Notes under the pieces: generated by a model | What the model was told of the DNA's origin: nothing | Seen by the model: the letters and a program-made list of their open reading frames with translations, nothing else | Database searches by the model: none | From: a virus | Lineage: Duplodnaviria; Caudoviricetes | Direction: 5' to 3' (one strand) | Length of the DNA stretch: 38,512 bases | IMG/VR virus record: IMGVR_UViG_3300031519_000074 | Span: 1-38,512 of that record | Shown: positions 28,434 through 37,212 of the stretch, in pieces | Layout of the letters: each line of letters opens with the position of its first letter | Position numbering within the stretch: the stretch's first letter is position 1 | Translations under genes and position numbers: made by a program

Positions 28434-30290
28434 TTATGATCCTATTATTACCCAACCATTAGTCGAATCTGTATATACTAGTTCAAAACTTGAGGATGCT
28501 GTATCTAATGTTAAATCCGCTGCTGCTCCTAGTATTCTACTTCCGTTTCGTAAAAGCTGGCATGTAGTCACCGCTGATCTATTAGAGATCTTAATACTCT
28601 CCCCTGTAGAAGGATTTGCTGGTAGTGTTAAATTTAAATTAGCTGTAAATACATAAACTGATCCAGCAGATGCTGTGGTATTACTGTTTATAACACTTAC
28701 GTTGTATCTTGCACTATTAGCATCGTTTATTGATGCGCCAACAAGAGCTCCGTTACCCATAGAAACAACTTCTACTGTATCACTACTGCTAGGGGCTGTG
28801 CTAAATACAATTGCTCCACTTGTTAAACTGTATGTGGCCTTCTGTTGATATACACCAGAAAGGAACACCATAGTAAAAGCTTTATTAGAAGGCGTTCCAT
28901 TTACAAGAGTAAATGAAGTTTGTGAGCCCGTGCCTGCAAAATTGTCGCTTGCCAGATAAGTAGCTTGAGACAAATTAGTAGCGGTCTGAGACATTACATC
29001 AAATGTATATCCATTTTGGGGTGCTGTAGAAAAAGTCAAAACATTTCCAGATAATGAATATGTAGATTTGTCTTGATAAACACCTTGAAGAAATACATTT
29101 GTTAAATCTTCAGATGCTGGTGTAACGCTTAAAGGAAATGCGGTTGTACTGCCGTTACCCGTAAAGTTATCTTTAGTTAGCGTACCCCCATCCGATACAG
29201 CGATAGACCCCACTGAAATAACCTCTATGTTATTTGTGCCCGATGGAGGCGCAGTTGAAAATGTTATACCTGTACCGTTTACGGTGTAGTTGTCTTTAGA
29301 CTGGTATACACCGTTTATATATATTTGTGTTAAATTTTCATTAGATACCGAATTTGCTAAAACAAAGCCAGTAGCGGATCCGTTACCATTAAAAGTATCT
29401 TTATAGAAAGATGAACTTCCTCCACCACCACCACCGCCTGTTACGGTAATAGTTTTTGTTGTTCCCGTACCAGTAGCTGTAACTCCTGTGCCTACAAAAT
29501 TTATTGTAGTCGCTGCAGTAGATAAAGCAGTACCTTCTTCTTGTACTGTTATAGCGCCACCTGTTACATTAATTGTTTTAGTAGCTCCCGTACCAGTAGC
29601 AGTTATTGCAGAACCTGTAAAATTCAATGTTGTTGCAAGAGGTCCAACTAGAATGCCCTCTTCCTGTACTGTTATTCCAGCCAACCCCGCAGCCGCCGCT
29701 ATAGTAACCGCATTTGCGTTATTTCTAGTAAGTGTTACATTAGAACCTGCGGTAAGTTGTACTGTAGAATCTGTACCACTCGCAGCATCTAATTTTAAAT
29801 CTACATTATTACCGTCTTGTGTAACGTCAATAGAATATGTATCACCAACAGTACCAGTTCCAAATTTCATATAACTACCCATGCGAGCATGTGCACTACA
29901 CTGGTAAAATAAAATAGGGGGAGTATTCACGTCTGGGATTATCTGACTATAAGCTCCCGCATTCCCAGGCGTTCCCGATGTGGTTACTAGCGTACTATAC
30001 GCTGTTGTCTTGTCTGCATCTGAATAAAACCTAAGAGGATGATTAGCATTAGAACTATCTGATTGGTCAAACTTATACGTAATACCAGGCGTAAATTCTA
30101 AGTATGCTCCTTCAACGCCATCTATAACAAATCCTGCGCTACTCCCGTTGTTATGTTCTGGGTGTGATGCTGTTTTAGTAGCAACTGTAACCGCAAGTGT
30201 TTGAACAGCGTCCGTGTGCTTTATCACTCGGTGTTTTGTCTGAGTCAACGACCCGTCTATTTCAACCGAACTTATAAATTTGTTAGCCAT
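28434..30290 (-). CDS. Modular tail fibre protein, 618 aa
   Basis: Cupredoxin-like N-domain, two 41-aa repeats, poly-Gly hinge, three ~75-aa repeats, C-terminal LTLPA.P..G..I...ELVYTDSTNGWV adaptor motif. Confidence 0.75.
   Translation of the reverse strand: MANKFISSVEIDGSLTQTKHRVIKHTDAVQTLAVTVATKTASHPEHNNGSSAGFVIDGVEGAYLEFTPGITYKFDQSDSSNANHPLRFYSDADKTTAYSTLVTTSGTPGNAGAYSQIIPDVNTPPILFYQCSAHARMGSYMKFGTGTVGDTYSIDVTQDGNNVDLKLDAASGTDSTVQLTAGSNVTLTRNNANAVTIAAAAGLAGITVQEEGILVGPLATTLNFTGSAITATGTGATKTINVTGGAITVQEEGTALSTAATTINFVGTGVTATGTGTTKTITVTGGGGGGGSSSFYKDTFNGNGSATGFVLANSVSNENLTQIYINGVYQSKDNYTVNGTGITFSTAPPSGTNNIEVISVGSIAVSDGGTLTKDNFTGNGSTTAFPLSVTPASEDLTNVFLQGVYQDKSTYSLSGNVLTFSTAPQNGYTFDVMSQTATNLSQATYLASDNFAGTGSQTSFTLVNGTPSNKAFTMVFLSGVYQQKATYSLTSGAIVFSTAPSSSDTVEVVSMGNGALVGASINDANSARYNVSVINSNTTASAGSVYVFTANLNLTLPANPSTGESIKISNRSAVTTCQLLRNGSRILGAAADLTLDTASSSFELVYTDSTNGWVIIGS
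28755..29402 (-). repeat. Three ~75-aa repeats (D.F.G.GS.T.F.L...GVYQ.K..Y......(T/V)FSTAP)
   Basis: Visible in the translation. Confidence 0.9.
29433..29675 (-). repeat. Two 41-aa repeats (ITVQEEG...ATT.NF.G...TATGTG.TKTI.VTGG)
   Basis: Direct comparison; period 123 nt. Confidence 0.9.
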
Positions 30291-30300
30291 ATTTTATGTA

Positions 30301-31269
30301 TTAGATTTTAGTCACAAGCACTCTTATAGCGTTTGCAGACGGAGCTGTTGTGAATGATACATCTACCGCGTTCGCGTTTGTTCTAACGACATCGGCCACA
30401 ACAGTATCAAATGTAGCTATATCGTAAAGCTGCACTATAACGTCTCTTGTATCTAAACCGTGAGTAACTGTTACACTTGTTGCGCCACCTATACTAGAAG
30501 CAAAAGTACGGCCAGAGATAACAGTAGCTACCCCAAGCGGAGTAACTGCTAGCGCTTCCGAAGTTCCGGCTGTTGTTTCAGCAGCTGTTGCTAGCTCAAC
30601 TATACCATCTTGAGCCGTTGAAGCAGAACGAATTGCTACATCTGCTGAACCGTTTGTTTTTGTTATGGTTAATGCGTCGCCGGTTTTGGTTACATCGTAA
30701 ATTAGGGGGTGATAGGTTGTCCCATCGTTGGTTACTTCCCAACGATCTATATTGTCATTCCAATGCAGTACTGTGTTTGCCTCAGTTCCTCTTTCTACTT
30801 CAATACCACTTCTAAGGGTGGTTGGTGCGGCAATTGTCTGACCATTATTTAAAACAATTATATTATCAGTAACGTTAAGGTTATTAGTGTTAACAGTAGT
30901 AGTTGTTCCGTTAACTGTTAAATTACCACCTAGCACTGTATTACCTGCTACAGCTAAATCAACGCCTACACTAGCATTACCAGATGTAGTAGTATGTACG
31001 CTTGCCCCACTACCTATGGTAACTGAAGCGTCAATCTGAGGTAATCTTGCTTTAAGATTATCTATGTTTACGTTTATATCGGTGTTTTTAGCACTTAACC
31101 AAGCAGAGCCATCATAGAAACGTAATTCGTTGTCTGTTGAATCATAATATACTTGACCTTCTACCGGAGTAGTTAAGGCTGTTGCAGAAGAACTTGTTTC
31201 TACGTGAATTCTTGCTTTCTTTAATTGATTTTTATTTAAATCAATATCAGATAAATGTTTTATTGCCAT
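30301..31269 (-). CDS. Tail fibre-related protein, 322 aa
   Basis: EGQVYYDST..LRFYDGSAW, GNLTVNGTTTTVNT, GIVELAT.AET, C-terminal VTHGLDTRDVIVQLYD motifs typical of phage fibres. Confidence 0.7.
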   Translation of the reverse strand: MAIKHLSDIDLNKNQLKKARIHVETSSSATALTTPVEGQVYYDSTDNELRFYDGSAWLSAKNTDINVNIDNLKARLPQIDASVTIGSGASVHTTTSGNASVGVDLAVAGNTVLGGNLTVNGTTTTVNTNNLNVTDNIIVLNNGQTIAAPTTLRSGIEVERGTEANTVLHWNDNIDRWEVTNDGTTYHPLIYDVTKTGDALTITKTNGSADVAIRSASTAQDGIVELATAAETTAGTSEALAVTPLGVATVISGRTFASSIGGATSVTVTHGLDTRDVIVQLYDIATFDTVVADVVRTNANAVDVSFTTAPSANAIRVLVTKI

Positions 31270-31275
31270 GAGTTT

Positions 31276-31626
31276 TTAGTTTAAAAATGCCTTTCCTGAT
31301 ATTGCAGCACTTAAAGTTATTAGTATTGTGTTCTTTGACTCGTAATTAACTTCCCCATAAATCACGTCATCATCGCTGTCCACCAATACTATTGAAGGAT
31401 ACTTGTTTAAATTATGATTTATTGTCCATACAGAAGACGGAGAATTCTGTTCGTGTACGTAAGAATCCACTTCGTCTTGTCCAGGCACATTTATAGTACC
31501 AGATACTAGTGTGTTAAAGGAACTTAGTGAAAAGTTTTTAGTCTGTCCTGTTACCGAGTCAGTACCTAAAAGCTTATCAGTACCAGTGACCGTGTTGTCT
31601 ATACCGTATGATGATATTCTAGCCAT
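31276..31626 (-). CDS. Small tail/fibre-base structural protein, 116 aa
   Basis: MARISSY N-terminus; YVHEQ....VWTINHNLNKYPSI...SGKAFLN domain. Confidence 0.6.
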   Translation of the reverse strand: MARISSYGIDNTVTGTDKLLGTDSVTGQTKNFSLSSFNTLVSGTINVPGQDEVDSYVHEQNSPSSVWTINHNLNKYPSIVLVDSDDDVIYGEVNYESKNTILITLSAAISGKAFLN

Positions 31627-31627
31627 T

Positions 31628-32077
31628 TTATAATTTGTCTTTGTTAAATTTATCTATCGCGTTTGCGTATACTTTATCTACATAAGTTTTACGTTTGCCT
31701 ATGGCACTTCGTTTGGCGTCAATAGGCATTTCTTCTTGACATATTAATATCTTATATATCCTATTAATTAACCTCTTGCCTCGAAGAGATACTTTATATT
31801 TGTTATGGTCTCCTAAGCGACCATTACCTTTATGTATCTTTTCTACCCAGCCTTCTCTCTGTAGTCTGTAAAAGCGTTGACGGTCCCAATGATAATACAT
31901 TGTACCGTTCTGAAAATCTTTTATTGTAAAGTATTTTATAGGATCTAGATAAAATAACAATTCTAAATCTGAAATAGACATATTATTTTCTTTACAAGCC
32001 CAACGTGAAACAAGTCTATAATATTTAAGAAAATCAACCTTAAGTTCTCCTCTTTCTAAAAAGTCATTTCTGTCCAT
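31628..32077 (-). CDS. Winged-helix (MarR-like) protein, 149 aa
   Basis: SDLELLFYL...RL.REGWVEK...YKVSLRGKRLI pattern; coupled to groES. Confidence 0.5.
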   Translation of the reverse strand: MDRNDFLERGELKVDFLKYYRLVSRWACKENNMSISDLELLFYLDPIKYFTIKDFQNGTMYYHWDRQRFYRLQREGWVEKIHKGNGRLGDHNKYKVSLRGKRLINRIYKILICQEEMPIDAKRSAIGKRKTYVDKVYANAIDKFNKDKL

Positions 32078-32337
32078 TACAACACTATAATAACATCTTG
32101 CTCTTGTATAACTTTAAATATTTTTTGTTCAATCTCAATATTATGACCAGCAATACGGTCATAGTATATCTTGTCGCCCTCTACAATACCTTCAACACGC
32201 ACACCTACTGACTCAACGTCAGCAGTGCGGTATCTTATATCTTCTCTATGATTTTCTGCTAAAAGCAGTCCACCTTCTGTTTTTTGAATTTTTTCCTTTA
32301 TTTCGGAAATTATAATGTAGTTACCTATTGCTTTCAT
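32077..32337 (-). CDS. groES: Co-chaperonin GroES (Cpn10), 86 aa
   Basis: MKAIGNYIII, KTEGGLLL mobile loop, V.SVG, EGDKIYY, QDVI. Confidence 0.9.
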   Translation of the reverse strand: MKAIGNYIIISEIKEKIQKTEGGLLLAENHREDIRYRTADVESVGVRVEGIVEGDKIYYDRIAGHNIEIEQKIFKVIQEQDVIIVL

Positions 32338-33919
32338 AATCTCTAATATTTGAAATTACACAATCAGTTGATAGAATAGTTGTTGCTACCGAAACTGCAT
32401 TTTGTAGTGCAGACTTAGTAACTAGCACCGGATCAATAATACCTGCTTTACGCATGTCTTTAGTTTTCCCGTCTGTTACGTCTACTCCTATTCCCCATTT
32501 ATCTAAGGTTTCATAATCTGCGGGATCTAGCCCTGCATTAGTTAAAATCTTATTAAATGGTGAAAGCAATGATCTTTTTAAAATTTCCACACCAATCTCT
32601 TCCCCTTTGTTTGCTGTTGTAGCCTTTAAAGAGTTCGCTAAAAAGCATAACGCTGCACCGCCTCCAGGAAGTATTCCTTCCTTCTTAGCAGCACGAACTG
32701 CGTGTATAGCATCATCTACTCGGTCTTTCTTTTCAGAAACCTCTACTTCGGTGTCACCACCTACATAAACAATAGATACACCCCCGTTTAAAATTGCTAA
32801 CCTACTTTCTAAGTGAGGTCGCATAACGTGGTGTTCGTCTTCGTCTAATTGAGACTGTAAATACTCTACGCGTTCCTTAACTCCTTCCGCTGCTTCCGCA
32901 ATAGCTAGAGTAGTCCCGTCGTTATCTATGATGGCCTTGTCGGCTCTTCCTAACACTTCAGGGGTGATATTATCTAGAGAGTCTCCTAAACCTTCATCAA
33001 TAACAGTAGCACCCGTTAGAAGGGCAATATCATCAAGTACATCCTTCCGTTTCAGTCCGAATGATGGAGGATCAATAATATTGCACTTAATATTGCCTTT
33101 TACGTGGTTCATCGCAAGAGCCGATACAACCTGCTGATCGCAAGGGGCAATGAGTAGCAACGCTCGATTGGACTTGATTGCAAACTCTAATATTGTTTGT
33201 ATGCGTCTAACGTTTGAAACTTCAGACGAACATAAAAATATAAGTGGCTTATCTAGCTCACTTAATTCTTTTTCTTTATTTGTATGAAAATACATACTTT
33301 TGGTTGTGGACTTAATGTGTGTTCCATCAACCGCTTCAATGTAGGTTTCATTACTCGGACTTGTTTCCATTGTAACTACACCGTTATCACCAGCTAATTT
33401 AAAGGCTTCAGCAATAAAGTCTCCAAGTAGAGGATCGTTATTGGCTGATATGCGCGACACATGATTTAATCGTTTGTCATCTACATCTACACCTTTCTTA
33501 GTAAGCGCATCTACCGTAAGTTTAGTAAACGCAAGCATACCGTTTTTAACATCACGAAACGAGTACTTCTCCGCATCTAAGTCAAAGTAATTTTTAATTA
33601 CCGACTGTGCTAATACCGTTGAGGTTGTTGTACCATCACCAGCTTTTGATGCTGTTTGTCTAGATGCTTGTTTAAGCATAGTTACACCTAAGTTCTCTAC
33701 CGGGTCTTCTAGGTTTATATAGTTTGCTACGGTTACACCATCCTTTGTAACGTGAGGGTTACCGAAGTCATCTTCTAATACTACCGTACGACCAGACGCA
33801 CCTAGTGTGCTGCCTACTGCTTCTGCTAATTTGTTTATTCCTGAGATTAGTCCGTCTTTAGCTTCTTTCTTAAAGCTTAGTTCTTTGACTATCTTTGGGG
33901 ATCCGAATTGTATTGCCAT
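32321..33919 (-). CDS. groEL: Chaperonin GroEL (Cpn60), 532 aa
   Basis: VTKDGVTVA, AGDGTTT, ISAN.D, EKKDRVDDA, EGILPGGG, GIIDP..VT..AL.NA.SVA. Confidence 0.97.
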   Translation of the reverse strand: MAIQFGSPKIVKELSFKKEAKDGLISGINKLAEAVGSTLGASGRTVVLEDDFGNPHVTKDGVTVANYINLEDPVENLGVTMLKQASRQTASKAGDGTTTSTVLAQSVIKNYFDLDAEKYSFRDVKNGMLAFTKLTVDALTKKGVDVDDKRLNHVSRISANNDPLLGDFIAEAFKLAGDNGVVTMETSPSNETYIEAVDGTHIKSTTKSMYFHTNKEKELSELDKPLIFLCSSEVSNVRRIQTILEFAIKSNRALLLIAPCDQQVVSALAMNHVKGNIKCNIIDPPSFGLKRKDVLDDIALLTGATVIDEGLGDSLDNITPEVLGRADKAIIDNDGTTLAIAEAAEGVKERVEYLQSQLDEDEHHVMRPHLESRLAILNGGVSIVYVGGDTEVEVSEKKDRVDDAIHAVRAAKKEGILPGGGAALCFLANSLKATTANKGEEIGVEILKRSLLSPFNKILTNAGLDPADYETLDKWGIGVDVTDGKTKDMRKAGIIDPVLVTKSALQNAVSVATTILSTDCVISNIRDYESNR

Positions 33920-33958
33920 TTAGTTTGATTTAATTAAATAAAATTTATAAGATATATA

Positions 33959-34312
33959 TTAGCAGTTCCATTTACGGCGTGCTGCTTTACCACGCTCTGA
34001 TTTCCATGATTTAGATCTAGCACAAAAGCCTTTACGTCTTTTAGCTGCCTTGCTTCCTTTCTTAAGTTTAGAGGGAGGCGTTGTTACGGCAGTTTTTAAT
34101 TTGCTGCCTGGATTGTCTTTTCTATACTTAGCTACACCTTTAGCTGTCATTCCACCGCCAGCTTTACCACCCGTGCCACTGCCTGATTTAACCTTAGCGT
34201 AGTAGCCTTTAGATTTTTTACGAGATGGTGCTTTGCTTTTCTTCCGTGTTAATGGAGTATCCGCTGCACAAGTACATGTGGCATGCTTCGCTGTTAATGG
34301 TATTGCTTTCAT
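33959..34312 (-). CDS. Small highly basic protein, 117 aa
   Basis: GGMTAKGVAKYRKDNPGSKLKTAVT...RRKGFCAR...RRKWNC, a motif recalled from marine phages. Confidence 0.75.
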   Translation of the reverse strand: MKAIPLTAKHATCTCAADTPLTRKKSKAPSRKKSKGYYAKVKSGSGTGGKAGGGMTAKGVAKYRKDNPGSKLKTAVTTPPSKLKKGSKAAKRRKGFCARSKSWKSERGKAARRKWNC

Positions 34313-34548
34313 GTAGTATTGTATCTCTTAGTTCCTTTACCGTGACCACCTCTATTAGCTGCAACGCTAACAAATTTTTTCTTGTTGTGATCCCAGTCTT
34401 TACCTTTTATATTTATCCCCTTCTTGATTGCATCGCGTCTTTTCTTTTGTGTCTCCGCCTTCATAGCTCTACGCCGGGGAGTTAAAGCATATGCAAGGTC
34501 ACGGGCCGCTTTTTTCTTACGAGCCGCTGGAGATAGCTTCTGTGCCAT
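34309..34548 (-). CDS. Small basic protein with minimal HNH-like motif, 79 aa
   Basis: GKDWDH...VSVAANRG; ATGA overlap with the downstream gene. Confidence 0.65.
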   Translation of the reverse strand: MAQKLSPAARKKKAARDLAYALTPRRRAMKAETQKKRRDAIKKGINIKGKDWDHNKKKFVSVAANRGGHGKGTKRYNTT

Positions 34549-34685
34549 TACTTATTGTAACCGCCGTAGCTAGATTTGTTAGGTTTTTTTGATCCACTCA
34601 TTTTTTTAAGTGGTGCTATTGTAGCTGATCTACCTGCCATTTTTTTAAATGCCCCAGGTACTACTGTTTTTCCTTTTGTTCCCAT
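34548..34685 (-). CDS. Small basic protein, 45 aa (start corrected to MGTKGK)
   Basis: ATG at 34685 lies 4 nt after the upstream stop and removes the overlap. Confidence 0.65.
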   Translation of the reverse strand: MGTKGKTVVPGAFKKMAGRSATIAPLKKMSGSKKPNKSSYGGYNK

Positions 34686-34689
34686 AATA

Positions 34690-34887
34690 TTATTTTTTTC
34701 TTGAATAAGGTTTACTTTTACCACCACAAAATCTACGAATAGGGTTGCCACTACGTGATTCTCCGATCGGTTGTAAGGGATTCTTTGGCTTTTTTTCCTT
34801 AAGAATTTTACCTTTTATAGAGTTCCTCCCTACTTTCTTTAGTTTTTCAGCATTTAGTCTTTTTAATTCTTTTTCTGCGTCTGTCAT
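34690..34887 (-). CDS. Small basic protein, 65 aa
   Basis: Tightly packed in the operon; Lys/Arg-rich. Confidence 0.65.
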   Translation of the reverse strand: MTDAEKELKRLNAEKLKKVGRNSIKGKILKEKKPKNPLQPIGESRSGNPIRRFCGGKSKPYSRKK

Positions 34888-34891
34888 GGCG

Positions 34892-35146
34892 TTATTTTTT
34901 CTTTTTAATAGATGAAGTGCGCTTACCCATACCTGTGCGTTTCTTCTCTGATACAGCTTTTCGCTTTTGAGAAGAACTCATTTCGTTCCATGCTACAGGT
35001 GTAGACTTTGATATTCTAACCGAGGGTCTGCACTTCTTTACTTTTTTGTTCTTAGCAGATCCGCAGGCATTACCTTTTTCGTCGGTCCATTTTTCTTTAA
35101 ACCAACGTTTAAGGTTTGCTCCTTTTTTTGTTTTGCTTACTGCCAT
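34892..35146 (-). CDS. Small basic protein, 84 aa
   Basis: LKRWFKEKW.D..G..CG......KCRPS.R.S..TP motif recalled from marine phages. Confidence 0.75.
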   Translation of the reverse strand: MAVSKTKKGANLKRWFKEKWTDEKGNACGSAKNKKVKKCRPSVRISKSTPVAWNEMSSSQKRKAVSEKKRTGMGKRTSSIKKKK

Positions 35147-35151
35147 TATGT

Positions 35152-35568
35152 TTACTCTTTATTTAATGCTTTTTTAGCTAATGCTCTGTCATCAAAATCC
35201 AATGCTGCTTTAAGTATGATTTTATCCATAACCGCATCTTGATTGTCTAGTATCTGCTTTTGCAGATCGATGATCATATGCTCTAAGTTATCCTTAGCTG
35301 CAACTAGATGTTCTATTTGATTGCTTTTCTTTTCTACTTCTGTTTTAAGCGCATTTACGTCATCCGGTTTAGATCCGGTGATAGTAGACACTACTAATCC
35401 AATAGAAGCTGATATAGTACCTATGAGCATCATCACAACCTCTTTGTTGCTTTCTAGCACTGGGTACTTCATCATTATAAATATGATGGACATAACTAAT
35501 AGGAATATAAATAACGATCCTATATAATGCCTTAACTCTTTAGCGACTCCGTTAGTGGGTAATTTCAT
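35152..35568 (-). CDS. Membrane protein, two TM helices plus coiled coil, 138 aa
   Basis: Hydrophobic IGSLFIFLLVMSIIFIMM and VVMMLIGTISASIGLVV segments; heptad-like C-terminus. Confidence 0.7.
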   Translation of the reverse strand: MKLPTNGVAKELRHYIGSLFIFLLVMSIIFIMMKYPVLESNKEVVMMLIGTISASIGLVVSTITGSKPDDVNALKTEVEKKSNQIEHLVAAKDNLEHMIIDLQKQILDNQDAVMDKIILKAALDFDDRALAKKALNKE

Positions 35569-35581
35569 GCCATTCGTTATT

Positions 35582-36349
35582 TTATGTTAATCCGTGAGCT
35601 GTTTTACTAAACTCATAATTAGCGGTTACTTCCGCGTTAGTTAATGCTTTATTATAAAATCTAACTAAACTCATCCAACCTTTATACCAAGAACTGTAGC
35701 TACCAAAACCATTACCATAGTTACTTCTTCCAATCCAAACTTCTTGACTGTAACCGTAAGGGGCTCCTGGCAACACACGGTTTGCATTGTCAGTTATACC
35801 AACTTCTTGGCCGTTTATAAACATCTGCCCTCTTAGGGTAGAATTATTTCTTGTAGTAACAGCTTGGTACCAGTTATTACCAGAAAGTCCAGTCGCGTAG
35901 GTTCCTGAATTAGACCCACCTATAGATGTGTTGGCATAATCGCCTATCCTCATATACTGTAGGTAGTAAGGAGGTGAATGTGAACTGTAATCATATCCCC
36001 ACAACCACGGAGTTGAGTTACTCCCGTAAGGTACGTACTTAAACCACGTTTCAATACTAAAGCTAGATAAGTCAAAGTGCCCTAGACCGTTATTTCCTCC
36101 ACTAGGTGGTGCAAAGTTAAAGTAACCTCCATTGAAATACCAAGAGCCTACTCCTGTTGCTGCTTCCGATTGCCAAGCTACACCTGTACCGTTTCTATTA
36201 AAGTTTTTGCTATTTCCACTAGCATCAGCCCACTGGGTTGAAGAAGAAGAGTACGAACCGTCGTTAGCATTTAAATCTAAGATTAATCCATCAGTAGTGT
36301 AGCCCCCGCCGCTGCTGCTTTGAAACAGCTTTTTGCCAGTAACACTCAT
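35582..36349 (-). CDS. LamG/concanavalin-like receptor-binding protein, 255 aa
   Basis: DGLILDLNA, W.D.SGN, FSIETWF, WYQAVTT, VRFYNKALT.AEV..NY. Confidence 0.8.
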   Translation of the reverse strand: MSVTGKKLFQSSSGGGYTTDGLILDLNANDGSYSSSSTQWADASGNSKNFNRNGTGVAWQSEAATGVGSWYFNGGYFNFAPPSGGNNGLGHFDLSSFSIETWFKYVPYGSNSTPWLWGYDYSSHSPPYYLQYMRIGDYANTSIGGSNSGTYATGLSGNNWYQAVTTRNNSTLRGQMFINGQEVGITDNANRVLPGAPYGYSQEVWIGRSNYGNGFGSYSSWYKGWMSLVRFYNKALTNAEVTANYEFSKTAHGLT

Positions 36350-36350
36350 G

Positions 36351-36815
36351 TTAGTAAGTTATTAAATACGACATTACAGCAGCTTTATCTGCTAAAGCGT
36401 TTATTGCTACCTCATGGGCATCACATGCTGTTCTTACGGCTGCCCTACTGTCTAGTATAGCTTGACTGGTGGTATTACCTAATTCAGTGTCTCTTACAAT
36501 AACCCAGTCAGTATGTCGTAAAGAATCTGAAGCTGCGTTTTTTGCCACTGTTATTTGTTTTTCTTTTAGCTCCGCTAAAGTTTCATCCCACTCAATACTT
36601 ACAACATTATATACAAACTGATTAGTGCTTTCATTAAATTGCAAGCCACTGAAATACTGTATAAGATCGTTATATTCAGGATATACCACATCATAAAACC
36701 CATAACCTTGAAGTTCGATGTCTGATAGTAAATCGAATCCTCCAATAATGCTTCCGTATGATTTAGGTATGCTTGGGAATAATTTGATGGTTCCGTTATA
36801 ATCTTTTGCTTTCAT
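36351..36815 (-). CDS. Tail fibre assembly/chaperone-like protein, 154 aa (start corrected to MKAKDY)
   Basis: L..TDW.IVR..E.G...R.AVR motif resembling fibre assembly proteins; ATG 1 nt after the upstream stop. Confidence 0.6.
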   Translation of the reverse strand: MKAKDYNGTIKLFPSIPKSYGSIIGGFDLLSDIELQGYGFYDVVYPEYNDLIQYFSGLQFNESTNQFVYNVVSIEWDETLAELKEKQITVAKNAASDSLRHTDWVIVRDTELGNTTSQAILDSRAAVRTACDAHEVAINALADKAAVMSYLITY

Positions 36816-36816
36816 A

Positions 36817-37200
36817 TTATGGTGTTGTATCTTGAGCCTCGGTTGCCACTGTGTATAGAAATACCGCATTAACGCTATTATCATCTAAGCACTCTACTTG
36901 CAGTACATTAGGATCAGAAGACCCGTCGTAATCCCCGCCGACTTTATGAAATGTAGAACTGTTTGTAGCGTCGGATGAAAGTGTCAATGTTTGAGCACCT
37001 TCCAAAGCATAGATGGTTAATACTTGTCCTGTTACAAATCCTGTAAAGTTTAATGTAGCTGCCCCAGTTAACGATGCATTCATTTTGTATATTGCGGCTG
37101 CAGACCAGTCGACACTAATAGTACCGGAAGTACCACTTATTACCGCTGCGTCTGTATAACGCGCTTCTAATACATCCGATGTTACTTTAGTTAATGACAT
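36817..37200 (-). CDS. Tail fibre adaptor-like protein (paralog A3), 127 aa
   Basis: MSLTKVTS.V, SGT..VDWSA, GDYD....N..QV.C motif shared with A1 and A2. Confidence 0.65.
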   Translation of the reverse strand: MSLTKVTSDVLEARYTDAAVISGTSGTISVDWSAAAIYKMNASLTGAATLNFTGFVTGQVLTIYALEGAQTLTLSSDATNSSTFHKVGGDYDGSSDPNVLQVECLDDNSVNAVFLYTVATEAQDTTP

Positions 37201-37212
37201 ATCTTATTTGTT

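Noticed and set aside
24124-36349. Diversity-generating retroelement or invertase shufflon acting on receptor-binding genes
   Set aside because: No reverse transcriptase, recombinase, near-identical TR/VR pair or inverted gene copies are seen; the paralogs are diverged throughout.
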